Below, one piece after another: positions 19,301 to 28,962 of a stretch of 52,492 nucleotides of DNA (position 1 is its first letter; each line of letters starts with the position of its first letter). Under the pieces are notes generated by a model, which was not told the DNA's origin, made no database searches, and saw nothing but the letters and a program-made list of their open reading frames with translations. A program made the translations under genes and the position numbers. Source of the DNA: a virus. Lineage: Duplodnaviria > Caudoviricetes. The DNA lies in IMG/VR virus record IMGVR_UViG_3300027770_000074, positions 1 through 52,492 of that record; one strand, given 5' to 3'.

Positions 19301-21352
19301 GAATATGACGTTAAATGCGGCGTGTATGATGGCTTTAATGTTCAGAGTTTATCCATATTGCCTAGAGCTATAACTGTTGCACCTAAAATAATAGAGATAG
19401 ATTCATGGACACGCTATCGTGAGGTTGAAGATTATTTATGGAGGACGACAACAAGAAGCTGGGAGGTTTATCAATCAATCTGGGAATACCCAGCTGAGGG
19501 AGAAACTATGGGGGAACTGCAGAAGACAATTCCTGCTGAGATTTTAGATTTTGCTACCTATGGAAATAAGTCTCAAGAGGGACAAGATGTTTATGTAAAA
19601 GTAGAATCAGCAGCTGCTGGTGCAACTGGGTACATCTCATTTACCCAGAACAATTATCAAATTACAGATATCTCTTCTTTTGAAATTATATCAGGCGGAC
19701 AATATGGATTTGCAACAATTACAACATCAGTCGCTCATAATTTAGAGACTGGTTATGAGGTTAGAATATTTGGATCTATAGATCAAATTAACGGTAGATG
19801 GAATGTGATAGTTCCAAGCGGATCTACAACTACATTCAAAATTCCTCTTGTTTTACAAAACACCTGGAACGGAATACTTTTCCAATCATCTCCAAACAAA
19901 CTCTACGTTGACACCTCAACAATTAGTGGATACCCTAACATGTATTTTACAGGTTCTGGGGTTATAAGTGTCTCTGTTGACGGAAGGGAGATAGGATCAG
20001 CAGATGCTGGTGATTCTTTATATAGAACTGCTAATGCAATAGTCTCTGCTATTAACTCGTATATTACATATCCAGATTACTTTGCTTCCTGTGTTGATCC
20101 TTCGCAAGATCCAGTAACTGTTTTGATATCAGCGCCAAGTGATCTTGGTGCAACTCAAAATGGAGTTCCTATTAGTTTTACTCTTACAGGATCACTTTCC
20201 GAAACCCCTTCATCCCCCAATCTTGACTTTGGTGTTAATCCAGAGGACAGCTTTGTTTTCTGGAGTGAATCTCAGACAGATCTGCCAAATGCAAATCTAA
20301 AATACTGGGGAAGTAAAAGACTTACGTGGGAAATTTTTACAAACAACACATGGGAGGATGCTTACGCCCATGGATGGTATGATTTTGAGTATAACAATGA
20401 TTGGCTTGGCGGGTATGAGCTACATAATATACAACCTGGTGATTATATCAAATTAAGCACAGGAAACGAATCATTCCCGTTCCCAATAGGAGCAACAATT
20501 CAGCCTGGGGTTTCGCCACTTACTGTTCAAAATGTTGCAGATCAATTAAATGCCTCAGATGATCGGTATATTACTGATTTCTATTACAGACCCATCCCTA
20601 ATGAATCTGGGGATCTGCCTATGGATTCACCTCCAATAAATCTGGTTGTGTCCAATTTTGCAGTGCCTGTTCCTTCTCTGCCAGCGCCAGTTTCTTTGCT
20701 TGGCGGATCTTCGTTGTTGATACCGATAATTGGTGTTAGTGGGCCGAGTTTAACAACAACAACCACTACAACATCAACTTCGACAACATCAACTTCGACC
20801 TCGACATCGACAACCTCGACCTCGTCGACTTCGACTTCGACCTCGTCGACTTCGACTTCTTCGACTTCGACCTCAACCTCGTCGACCTCAACCTCGTCGA
20901 CTTCAACTTCGTCGACTTCAACTTCGACCTCGTCTACATCGACATCGACATCCACGTCTACATCTACGTCGACCTCAACGACAACTGAGTTTATAGTTTT
21001 CGGGGAGCTTGTGATAGACAATCAGGTAGGATTTGGTCCAATTATTACTAACTTGTCTCAATATACAACTTATACCACTGGTTTCTCATTCCCTGTAAAC
21101 TCTGGTAGCTCGGAAACAGGGACATTAACTGCATCAGGTCCACCTGCCCCTTGGAGAATTACATATACCCCAGGATCTGCAGGAACTTTTAATTTTGAAG
21201 TATTTAAGGCAGCAACATTAGGAGGAGCATGGATTTCCCAGGGAAGTGCAACAGATAATGCACCTAGCGGTGCCTCAAGAAATGTTAATCTAAGTGGTTT
21301 GGTTAGCTGGGTTACTGGAAATAGTATCATGATAGTACTCACCCAGCCCTAG
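16310..21352 (+). CDS. Large multidomain baseplate wedge protein (gp7-like) with C-terminal mucin-like Ser/Thr stalk
   Basis: 1680 aa, two genes downstream of gp6. Contains GAYRGLIAAIKFFGY, a GSGY-type Gly-rich insert (18797-19018), a PKD-like stretch (GEYDVKCGVYD), a 78-aa S/T tract and a terminal ~120-aa beta-rich domain. Confidence 0.6.
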   Translation: MSNFFYRRLNFFNKRGNPLNFDYIGPTGATELESTFIYLSNSSVTSIGDINVNSFDLEPATLTLYFEDLNGFTIIDWANEVQTFLQQGAEVFLNGRVAGQQQFKGKIFSITPSGSTYIIQFFPGKSEGQRIISNGNKIYFNTTYNFRPGGYYKGNIYFDPVSSGLYENEQIFIVQEFYDQNTSSFNYGLPHTGITGATAGKWRTRWYNNKYGETDVSEIIFTYQIYDDISGGDGQPLIISYPNIVYSVDVDANDTYYGASGGYIQTSSVSSETLSISVALNCGDLNGNIYERKLIVEDITGGTGSAPIKVIEVDFYGEIVGEDPRFDVMLKNIGRAFYPSDSVILRDHDPAEPSPNYLEINDKRKELLVAGEEIFPYAGAYRGLIAAIKFFGYQDLRIKEYWLNLEYRRLQVESPLQKNKQFLDEIKAQQSINGYTQSIQIADVLDNPNSGKYRLTQTYGPDKEGNYVLDISSEESLVPSRTYKKTSLFGLYYDLNKDNGDVDEYGYPVVIDAFKFTQEEVLLKLFALKERLKRDYLPLNARIVDITGEGIYFEVYNTRAWTDVMQRPQIETGIHFDIVPNPDFGFIEDLRNFSIRPSQTSIQTPESYFNSFSSNVTVQGGTGSGVYFTLTGATGPNPSLSVTSGYSYTFTIGTTGFTFYITTDSTLSTVISPVGLENNGATAGGDPLQWYVNPIQTTPVYYFIAENTSLNGIVNVSPSTLSDFGNIINPLDFAQNYSVSQNDSLLTAINQFYDLKQQGEIVELGDGKYDPPALIDPDTGLFYRTPIGMPVVLEMLVDRWTWDEFNINWSSVNIPAFKTGDRVQIKKIDASISLGISGGQISSATINGSGLGYATTPTLIITGGGGAGGAVSATVTGTRITSISILSVGSGYTFTPNLSIPSPSGDFGTVTAVSYSTGVYTVLLDSGSTSTFDSTELFATSQDYSLLNWKNIDFSNLVDIEWTVTKSATQPGSPYNFVFRGSIVDFYKLAHFVPFTGEYDVKCGVYDGFNVQSLSILPRAITVAPKIIEIDSWTRYREVEDYLWRTTTRSWEVYQSIWEYPAEGETMGELQKTIPAEILDFATYGNKSQEGQDVYVKVESAAAGATGYISFTQNNYQITDISSFEIISGGQYGFATITTSVAHNLETGYEVRIFGSIDQINGRWNVIVPSGSTTTFKIPLVLQNTWNGILFQSSPNKLYVDTSTISGYPNMYFTGSGVISVSVDGREIGSADAGDSLYRTANAIVSAINSYITYPDYFASCVDPSQDPVTVLISAPSDLGATQNGVPISFTLTGSLSETPSSPNLDFGVNPEDSFVFWSESQTDLPNANLKYWGSKRLTWEIFTNNTWEDAYAHGWYDFEYNNDWLGGYELHNIQPGDYIKLSTGNESFPFPIGATIQPGVSPLTVQNVADQLNASDDRYITDFYYRPIPNESGDLPMDSPPINLVVSNFAVPVPSLPAPVSLLGGSSLLIPIIGVSGPSLTTTTTTTSTSTTSTSTSTSTTSTSSTSTSTSSTSTSSTSTSTSSTSTSSTSTSSTSTSTSSTSTSTSTSTSTSTSTTTEFIVFGELVIDNQVGFGPIITNLSQYTTYTTGFSFPVNSGSSETGTLTASGPPAPWRITYTPGSAGTFNFEVFKAATLGGAWISQGSATDNAPSGASRNVNLSGLVSWVTGNSIMIVLTQP
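20753..20986 (+). repeat. Low-complexity tract encoding 78 consecutive Ser/Thr residues
   Basis: Degenerate TCGAC[TCA]/TCAAC[TC] hexamer repeats in frame within 16310..21352. Confidence 0.95.
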
Positions 21353-21374
21353 TAATTTTCTTTAAATTTTTTTT

Positions 21375-22340
21375 ATGAAAAGAATTATTTTCATTAGCGT
21401 ACAACCGGATGATTTTTATTTTTATTGGCAGGTTGAGGTTTTTATACACAACGCAATAAAGAACGGGATAAACCCAAAAAATATCCAGATACTTTTTTCT
21501 TGCGTCAAAGGACCTAAACAGGAGCTAATTGATCTCTCTAAAAAATATAATTTTGTAAAATTTTATTTCTATGAGAGAAATGAGTTTATTAACTACGGAT
21601 ACGTTTCAGCTTTAAGACCTGATGCTTTGGAGCAGCATTTTTCTAAGTATCCAGAACTGAGGGGCGAAGTTCTTTTTTATCATGATTCTGATATAATTTT
21701 CAAAGAACTACCCGACTTTGATTCTATGCACGATGATAACTTTTGGTATTTGAGCGACACAGTTTCCTATATAGGTGCAAACTATATTAAATCTAAATCT
21801 GATCAGCTGCTAACAGATTTATGTGATATTACTGGTGTTAAGAGGGAAATTGTTGAAAGTAATGAGAATAATTCTGGGGGAGCTCAGTATTTAATGAAGG
21901 GTGTTAATGCTTCTTATTGGTCTGATGTGAAAGAAACCTGTTTAAATCTTTATAAATACATGGCTGAGAGGGAGGAAGAAGAAAGAAAGACACTGACTCC
22001 AGAGCAGCTTGAAACATATAATCCAATACAAAAATGGTGCTCTGATATGTGGGCAGTTTTATGGTGTGCCTGGAAAAGAGGTTACCAAACAAAGATATCA
22101 AGAGAGCTTGGCTTCAGCTGGGGATCTAGCGATCACAAAGAATGGGATTGTCATAAGATTATGCACAATGCAGGGGTTCTTGAAAAAGATAAAGATCGTA
22201 AATTTTTCAAGGGTGAATTTATAAACAAATCACCATTTGATCGCGACCTAAGCTATGTCGAGCCTTATTCGAACAGCTGGCACTATGCCCAAGCAATAGA
22301 GTATGCAAAAATTCAGAGGAAAGAAATTTTCGGGTCATAG
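21375..22340 (+). CDS. GT-A fold glycosyltransferase, similar to peptidyl-Ser/Hyp O-glycosyltransferases (SERGT1/HPAT-like)
   Basis: DXD motif in LFYHDSDIIF. N-terminal YFYWQ, central YVSALRP, GGAQYLM, WCSDMWA and IMHNAG occur in the same order as the YFDWQ / Y...NKP / DAD / W.SEMY / H motifs of SERGT1/HPAT. Confidence 0.7.
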   Translation: MKRIIFISVQPDDFYFYWQVEVFIHNAIKNGINPKNIQILFSCVKGPKQELIDLSKKYNFVKFYFYERNEFINYGYVSALRPDALEQHFSKYPELRGEVLFYHDSDIIFKELPDFDSMHDDNFWYLSDTVSYIGANYIKSKSDQLLTDLCDITGVKREIVESNENNSGGAQYLMKGVNASYWSDVKETCLNLYKYMAEREEEERKTLTPEQLETYNPIQKWCSDMWAVLWCAWKRGYQTKISRELGFSWGSSDHKEWDCHKIMHNAGVLEKDKDRKFFKGEFINKSPFDRDLSYVEPYSNSWHYAQAIEYAKIQRKEIFGS

Positions 22341-22347
22341 CTTTCTG

Positions 22348-22355
22348 AATATATA
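22348..22355 (+). promoter_or_regulatory. Putative late promoter AATATATA
   Basis: 14 bp upstream of ATG 22370. Confidence 0.5.
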
Positions 22356-22369
22356 GATCGTAAATAGTT

Positions 22370-24175
22370 ATGGCAAATCAAGTTGTTATCAACCAGGGTG
22401 ATTATGTTTATTTTTATGACCTTTCAATAGGTTCGGTTATCTCTAGGGACTGGTTATTCCCTGGAGGAACTCCAACAGGGGGAACTGGTTTTGCCCAGGC
22501 GGTTCAGTATACTGGGGTAAATTCTTCAGGTTATTCTGTAAGCTTAACCATATTTGATTCATCAACTTCAAAATCTATTACAGAGCCTAATATAGTATCA
22601 GTTTCACCACAGAATTTTTTTGTATCTCTTCAAATAACAGATGGAACAAATCCCATTTCATCTACTGATATGTCTAGAAATGTTGTGTTCACCGCAACAG
22701 GTCCAACAGGTACCGGCATTTCACAGTACACGTGGAGCATTCCAGGCACAGCAGGATTCACTGGCACTAGCAACACTTATTCAATCTCCCTTATAGATTG
22801 GAGCAATTTAACGGGATCTAACCTTGGAGCTGTCTATACACCCTATGTGACAACCCCAACGGTTATAGCCACGACAGTTTTGGGGCAATCTGCCAATTCA
22901 TATCAAACATTAACTTACAATAAATCTGGCTATGAGGAGGAATTAAATTTGTGTGATTATCCCGGATCAACTGGATCGCACTACACCCCATATATTACTA
23001 ACACTTTAGTAGAAGACCCATCAAATACATCAGGCTTCTCTATTGGCGCAACGAGTTATTACCTGACTTCAGCTTTTGGGTTTACTGGAAATGGACTCTT
23101 TGTTCAGACTGATCAAAGTACTCCTGTTTTTAATAATGCATATTTTCATGCACAAGGTGAGGCAATGACGCTACTTTCTCCAAGCTGGGACGTTAGTTCT
23201 GGAAGTGTTCCCGGACAGGTAGTGGCGTCATATTCAGCCTATAATTCGATGGGTCTGTCTCCTGCGGCGGCCGTGAGCTCACTCCCCCGATACACCATTG
23301 GTAATTACATGTATCCTGGCGACATATCTGTGGTTCAGGGAGATTTCTTTTATTTCGCTGATACCTCAAATGTTTTAAAGACGCTGGGAGTTGCTACCTC
23401 AAATCCTCCTGTATCGTCTTCTAGATACTGGTCAGCAGAATCAATCGGAGATTATCTAAACGACATATCATTTGGATCTATTTCATCTAGAAGTTTCGAA
23501 AAAAATGTATCGTCTTCAACATCAACTTGGCTTCCTGGATATAGAGATTCTACTGGTGATCTATCAGAATTTCCTAACTCTGTAGCTTATGGAGGTCCTT
23601 GCATACCGTTTGATGTTGATATAGCACCTTTAAACTGGACAGTTAGCTTCTATACTTCTAATACGAGAAGCTTAGATGATTTAACTCTTAGAGGTCCTTA
23701 TGATATTGAACTCTACGGGGTCTCAGATACCGGAAATTCTCCATCAGGAAAAATGTTTGTTGCTGGTGATAATGTTCATGGACAGGGTATAGCTTCTGTT
23801 ATAGAGAATTGGATTTCATCGAACAATCTCTCCCCTTATATAGGTGTAACAGCAGATCAAAAATATTGTACTTTTGAAAGGGCATATGAGGTTATAGGTG
23901 GTCAGTATCCAGATCCCTCTGAATTTAATGGCTTAAGTATTTTTATTAAAGAGGATTATATTAGTAATTCTTACCCATATCCTATAGGGATAACGGGCAA
24001 TACCTTTCTTCTCAAAATGGTTTTTTCTGGGAACGTTCAGAACACACACGTCTCTCCGAACACAAACTATTCGATTGCTTCATGGTTAGGATTTTCACAG
24101 GATTATATTTCAAATCCATATCAAGAGCAAAACGATCCAGATCAGCCAAAGAGAGGATGGCAATTTAATGGTTAA
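22370..24175 (+). CDS. Putative virion protein with N-terminal PKD (Ig-like) domain(s)
   Basis: YFYDLSIGSVISRDWLFPGGTP...VQYT...YSVSLTI is a PKD pattern; a second repeat has FTAT...YTWSIPG. Ser/Thr/Gly-rich. Confidence 0.65.
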   Translation: MANQVVINQGDYVYFYDLSIGSVISRDWLFPGGTPTGGTGFAQAVQYTGVNSSGYSVSLTIFDSSTSKSITEPNIVSVSPQNFFVSLQITDGTNPISSTDMSRNVVFTATGPTGTGISQYTWSIPGTAGFTGTSNTYSISLIDWSNLTGSNLGAVYTPYVTTPTVIATTVLGQSANSYQTLTYNKSGYEEELNLCDYPGSTGSHYTPYITNTLVEDPSNTSGFSIGATSYYLTSAFGFTGNGLFVQTDQSTPVFNNAYFHAQGEAMTLLSPSWDVSSGSVPGQVVASYSAYNSMGLSPAAAVSSLPRYTIGNYMYPGDISVVQGDFFYFADTSNVLKTLGVATSNPPVSSSRYWSAESIGDYLNDISFGSISSRSFEKNVSSSTSTWLPGYRDSTGDLSEFPNSVAYGGPCIPFDVDIAPLNWTVSFYTSNTRSLDDLTLRGPYDIELYGVSDTGNSPSGKMFVAGDNVHGQGIASVIENWISSNNLSPYIGVTADQKYCTFERAYEVIGGQYPDPSEFNGLSIFIKEDYISNSYPYPIGITGNTFLLKMVFSGNVQNTHVSPNTNYSIASWLGFSQDYISNPYQEQNDPDQPKRGWQFNG

Positions 24176-24190
24176 ACGAAATTTTGAATA

Positions 24191-27100
24191 ATGCCTAATG
24201 CTTCTTTATACATAAACCAAATTGACACAGATAATGAATTCTATGTTTGGGGATCAGGTAATAATATCTCCCTTTTCACTGAGGGTGCCTGGCAAACATA
24301 CGATTACACAAATTCTGTGGTCCCCTCAGATTATGGAGGATCCTATTATCTAGACACAAGGTGTCTTTCAATAGATCCTGAAGATATTCTTTGGTGTGGA
24401 GTAGCACAAGGACCAACATCTGGATTCAACGAGGTTGCAGTTTTCAGCATAAACACGAATGATGTCTATGAAGGCCAAACATACTTATTCTCAGATATTT
24501 CAAATTTCAACGGGGTTCAACAAGAAGTTTGCACTATTTACGCTTCTCCCTATGGAAGTGAGGTTTTAGCTTTTGTTTGTCCGTTAAACGGGATTGGCGG
24601 TACCGCTGGTATAACTGCATATACTAAGTTTTATGGTGTAACCGGTGGAAGATTATTTTATCTCAATTTATTCACCGGCGAGTGGAATGAGAATGTGCCA
24701 AATTATACATGGCCTCACATTTACGATATTAAGGCTAAAGGTTTTGACGGTAATAGATACCTTTATTATCTTGGTACTGAAGAGGGATTATATGAGATAT
24801 CTCCAGAAATACTTGAAACTTTTCAACTGAACTATGGTGGTGAGACTATTAAACAGGCACAGATCTTTAACACTAACACCTCTGGTATAATCTCTGACAA
24901 GGTTTACTGTATAGATCTTGATGAGGACTCCAATTTGTGGGTAGGTACTGATCAAGGTCTTTCTTTTTATAATGGTTACAAGTTCTGGAATTATGGTACA
25001 TCAGGACCAGTAACCTCCATAAAATCTAGACCTAATGGACATGTATTTTACGGGATGGGCGACGGGGAATTAGGACAGGGGACTGGATTATGGCATTTCA
25101 ACGGAAGTACACATACTCAATTTACTCCTGCTAATTCTGATCTAGGTAATTCCAATGTGTTAGGGCTAGGATTGATTGGACATAATATTCAACAGGGAGA
25201 TTTATTAGCAACCGAAAACTCATTATGGGTTTTGGAAAATAACAACCTATCCCTATTCGAATACGATATCCCACACGTTTACGCTTCCTCGAATTATGCT
25301 GGAGCTACTGGATGGAATTTTGTTTATTATTCGCCAACAGGAGCCACAAGTGCACCTCTTCCTAAAGTAAATAAGTACACGTGGGATTATCCCGAATGGA
25401 GGGTATATCAAGATGAGTATCTTGCACAAAAATTTCCAGGACTTGACCCTAGAAATCTTTTCTTAACCACTAGTCTCAAGGAGATAGCAAACGGAAGAGC
25501 TGGAAGACAGCCATGGTGGAATGACTACCCTATTCCAAGTTTCGAGCAGGAACAACAATTGGAAAGTTTTGTAACCCCTTCTTGGGTTTCGGATCTTACC
25601 GTTTACCAGGGAACCTCTGGTTCGACCGGATCTGGTGTTTTCTTAGAAACACAAACTGTTTTGAACATTAACGGGGTAGATAAGCTATACATTGGCGGAT
25701 ACCTTAAAGGAAATATTACAGTTAAACTTGGTTATTATAATGATTCAGAGGAGGCATTAGTTTCAAACACTAATCCAACTTTCCTTGGGAGAGCACAACC
25801 TGATCAATCATCTAGCGATCCTGTAGATATGGGATTTGTTGTTTGCTATAACGAATCTGGTGCTGTTGAATCTTTTGTAAATTTTCCTGGTTATTCAACT
25901 AGAATACAATCTATCTTTCCAAGCAAAGATGGTAGCTCAATCTATGTTACTGGGACTTATTTAATGCTTATAGAAAACGGACCTTTTATATTCGAAGGCA
26001 CGATAGATAATGTGATTAATTCCGGAGGTCCTACCGGTGCTCCTGCTGGATTAAATACAGATTTATATCCTGGATCAACAAGTGGTACCTTCCCTTGGAT
26101 ATACAGTGCAACTGGAGCTACCGGTTCAACATATGTCTTCAGTTACGGAACAACAGGGCCAACGTCTGGTGTTATCTATAATTATTCACAAGGGTCTACG
26201 GCTTCATCGCCTGGCCTATGTGATTTCAATGACATTTCTAATCCTGCAAGCACCTACGATGAAATTTATACCGTCAGACTTAATTTCGCAGATGTTAATT
26301 TTACATGGTGGGAGATAGATTATACACAGATTCCAACAGGCTACGTTTTAGAAATACAAGACACCACTAGCCCATCAACATACTCCTATTTCCATATCAA
26401 TAAAATATACCTGAATGAAAGTGCAGGTATCTTTGAATCTTCCCCTCAGACAGCAAACTTTGATGTGATATATTCGGGAGGATCCGGATCTCAATCTATA
26501 CCAGCTAGCTCACTTAGGTTTAGTTTCGTCTCGTATTTAAATGGGACATTCCCTCTTCTTCCATCAATAGATCAGATGATGTCTGATATAGATAATGGCT
26601 ATTGGCACCCTGGATTTTTTGGAGCTCAGATAGATAAGGATCTTGGTGACTTTAGTACTTACACAGGACTCACATCAGGTAACTATCAATCAGAAATAGA
26701 TAAAGGATACAAGTTCTTAAACTTCAGACAATTCCCATCGGAGGGACAGTATGATCAATCTGTATTCGATTCTCTATACTCTATTGGAGACGCTGGAGAC
26801 TATTCTTTAAACGTATCGATAGCTTCATTTGCAGATCAAATAACACCTGAAATCCCTAATTTTTGGACATTAAAAAACGAATGGGATAGAACTTCAGATC
26901 TTACAACAACGCTCGATAGATTAGTAGATCCTGATTATTTGTCAGTTTCTCAAACAACAGGGTTACTCTCTTTTATTAGATTAGATTCTTCGAATTTTTC
27001 TCTTCTGAGTACCGTTTCAGCTGCTGGAGGTACCACTGGTTTTGTTGATTATAGTATAACCTCAGTAGAATCACTTTCTACTAACAACACAACTTTAATC

Positions 27101-28303
27101 ACTGGATCATCAAACTATTCCTTTAGCTTTGGAGGGATTAATCTATCTCAGGGTTCTACTGGTTCAACCGGCCCTTATTATTTAATTGTAGATAGTTCAG
27201 GTAACGGAGTTACCGGAGGATTTATTCCTAATTATGTTGATATAGATATCCCGATAAAAGCATCTAAAACTGAATCCACTTATTTTGTAACTACCGTTGT
27301 TGGATCCTCTGGATATTATTTTGGTGACTATTTTACTGCTGGGACAACCGGAACATACTTCTTGACTGCTGAAATTACTGAGCAGGGGGTGTCTAAAAAT
27401 ATTTTTGCACCGAAGTTAGAGGTTGTATCGGGGAACGGTCAGAATGTTATAAATATTCTAGACCAGAAAGTTTTACCTGATGGGCTATTAGTTTTTGCAT
27501 ACCAATCCAATACCAAGCCTTATATAAACATCTTCAAAGCAGATCAAACTGGTAGGATCACAAATCAAAAAGATTTTGGGGATCTAAACTGTGAGCCTGA
27601 ATCTTTTTCTTTGACCTTTGATAATCAATCAAACGTTTATATAGCAGGATTTAATTCAACAGGTTTAACCGGGGATTCATTTATTGTTTGTGGACCGACG
27701 TCAGCCTTCGTTCTCCAGTCTGAAAAATACAACTTCGACCCAGGGATAAATTTGGGCGATATTATTTCAAGGCCAGGATCTGGTGCATGGACTTGGTGCG
27801 ATGTACACTCCTCTGAAAATTACTTAGACCTTCCGTTGATGTCAACTGTTGTTTTTAGTAATTACAATTCTTCTATTTACGGAAAATCAAATAACACATG
27901 GTCTTTAATAGATTCTATTACAGGTAATGATCTATTGACAGTGAAATTAACCCCCTATTTCATTTACACGTTTACTGAACCTGGATATTTCACAATTTAT
28001 AACATGGTAGAGGATTCACAGGGTAATGTTTACGAGATATCTAAACCCGGATTTATAGAAATAAAAGATCACAAAATTAAAACTCCAGAAGATCCTAGAC
28101 CTGATTTTGTTGATTCCCGAGACTATGGATTCCCAGACCCTCCTTTTGAGTCTAGAGATGTTCAGTCACAAAAATTAGCCAAACAACTTTTAGAGGACGA
28201 AGCTCAAATTTTGAATAACAATAAACAGCCATTCGGATCGAGCCTTATAATTTTTGATGACCCTGATGCAACATTCAGGGATTTGAGTGATAATACAGTT
28301 TAA
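24191..28303 (+). CDS. Large putative virion protein with beta-propeller repeats (two-component-regulator-propeller-like) and a C-terminal PKD-like domain
   Basis: NTNTSGIISDKVYCIDLDEDSNLWVGTDQGLSFYNG and FTPANSDLGNSNV are Reg_prop-like. Further propeller-like blades follow (LTFDNQSNVYIAG). YTFTEPGYFTIYNMVEDSQGN is PKD-like. Confidence 0.65.
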   Translation: MPNASLYINQIDTDNEFYVWGSGNNISLFTEGAWQTYDYTNSVVPSDYGGSYYLDTRCLSIDPEDILWCGVAQGPTSGFNEVAVFSINTNDVYEGQTYLFSDISNFNGVQQEVCTIYASPYGSEVLAFVCPLNGIGGTAGITAYTKFYGVTGGRLFYLNLFTGEWNENVPNYTWPHIYDIKAKGFDGNRYLYYLGTEEGLYEISPEILETFQLNYGGETIKQAQIFNTNTSGIISDKVYCIDLDEDSNLWVGTDQGLSFYNGYKFWNYGTSGPVTSIKSRPNGHVFYGMGDGELGQGTGLWHFNGSTHTQFTPANSDLGNSNVLGLGLIGHNIQQGDLLATENSLWVLENNNLSLFEYDIPHVYASSNYAGATGWNFVYYSPTGATSAPLPKVNKYTWDYPEWRVYQDEYLAQKFPGLDPRNLFLTTSLKEIANGRAGRQPWWNDYPIPSFEQEQQLESFVTPSWVSDLTVYQGTSGSTGSGVFLETQTVLNINGVDKLYIGGYLKGNITVKLGYYNDSEEALVSNTNPTFLGRAQPDQSSSDPVDMGFVVCYNESGAVESFVNFPGYSTRIQSIFPSKDGSSIYVTGTYLMLIENGPFIFEGTIDNVINSGGPTGAPAGLNTDLYPGSTSGTFPWIYSATGATGSTYVFSYGTTGPTSGVIYNYSQGSTASSPGLCDFNDISNPASTYDEIYTVRLNFADVNFTWWEIDYTQIPTGYVLEIQDTTSPSTYSYFHINKIYLNESAGIFESSPQTANFDVIYSGGSGSQSIPASSLRFSFVSYLNGTFPLLPSIDQMMSDIDNGYWHPGFFGAQIDKDLGDFSTYTGLTSGNYQSEIDKGYKFLNFRQFPSEGQYDQSVFDSLYSIGDAGDYSLNVSIASFADQITPEIPNFWTLKNEWDRTSDLTTTLDRLVDPDYLSVSQTTGLLSFIRLDSSNFSLLSTVSAAGGTTGFVDYSITSVESLSTNNTTLITGSSNYSFSFGGINLSQGSTGSTGPYYLIVDSSGNGVTGGFIPNYVDIDIPIKASKTESTYFVTTVVGSSGYYFGDYFTAGTTGTYFLTAEITEQGVSKNIFAPKLEVVSGNGQNVINILDQKVLPDGLLVFAYQSNTKPYINIFKADQTGRITNQKDFGDLNCEPESFSLTFDNQSNVYIAGFNSTGLTGDSFIVCGPTSAFVLQSEKYNFDPGINLGDIISRPGSGAWTWCDVHSSENYLDLPLMSTVVFSNYNSSIYGKSNNTWSLIDSITGNDLLTVKLTPYFIYTFTEPGYFTIYNMVEDSQGNVYEISKPGFIEIKDHKIKTPEDPRPDFVDSRDYGFPDPPFESRDVQSQKLAKQLLEDEAQILNNNKQPFGSSLIIFDDPDATFRDLSDNTV

Positions 28304-28305
28304 TT

Positions 28306-28962
28306 CTAGGTATCCTTTAATACTTGAAGAATCTCTTCAACTATCGGATCCCTATGATTTGTTTTAAGACTGATGACAGAAATTCCCTCTATAAAGCTTA
28401 ATTTTTTTGATAACCAATCAAATCCACTAAGCCTTTTATCTCGAAGATCTATCTGAGAGTTATCACCGACAAAGATCATTCTAGCTCCGAAACACAAACG
28501 TGTTATAATAAGCTCCAATTGACTCTGTGTAATATTTTGAGATTCATCTATAACAACACAGCAATCAGAGAAGTTTCTTCCTCTCATAAACCCAATAGGT
28601 ATAACTTCAATATTTCCCTCAGCTATTTCTTTGTCTATCTTTTCCTTATTGTAAAGCATGTACATGTTATCGTAGATTGATGCAGTATATGGTGCTAACT
28701 TTGCATCTTTATCTCCTGGTAAAAATCCTATATCCTCACCTGCTGTAACCGCTGGTCTGGTCAGGATTATCTTTTTAACATCCTTTTTAAATAACATATC
28801 AAGAGCGATCTGTGCTGCTAATAACGATTTACCACTTCCAGCTTGTCCTTTCAGAAAGGATATCTTGGAATTAAGTATTTTTTCTTTAGCCTCTTTTTGT
28901 TCCTCGTTTAAAGTAACATTAAATCTAATCGAGTTCTTAGGTTTTTTGACCTGTGTTTGCAT
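28306..28962 (-). CDS. phoH: PhoH family ATPase
   Basis: Walker A GQAGSGKS, plus IILTRPAV, IGFLPG, FMRGRNF, IDESQN, TRL, GDNSQID and HRDPIV. Confidence 0.95.
   Translation of the reverse strand: MQTQVKKPKNSIRFNVTLNEEQKEAKEKILNSKISFLKGQAGSGKSLLAAQIALDMLFKKDVKKIILTRPAVTAGEDIGFLPGDKDAKLAPYTASIYDNMYMLYNKEKIDKEIAEGNIEVIPIGFMRGRNFSDCCVVIDESQNITQSQLELIITRLCFGARMIFVGDNSQIDLRDKRLSGFDWLSKKLSFIEGISVISLKTNHRDPIVEEILQVLKDT

Noticed and set aside
20584-21021. Minus-strand 145-aa Val-Glu/Val-Asp repeat ORF
   Set aside because: Antisense shadow of the Ser/Thr codon tract.
640-21352. Bacterial contractile injection system (eCIS/T6SS) or tailocin
   Set aside because: A gp13-like neck gene, gp32-like SSB, resolvase, phoH and T4-like organisation indicate a genuine phage.
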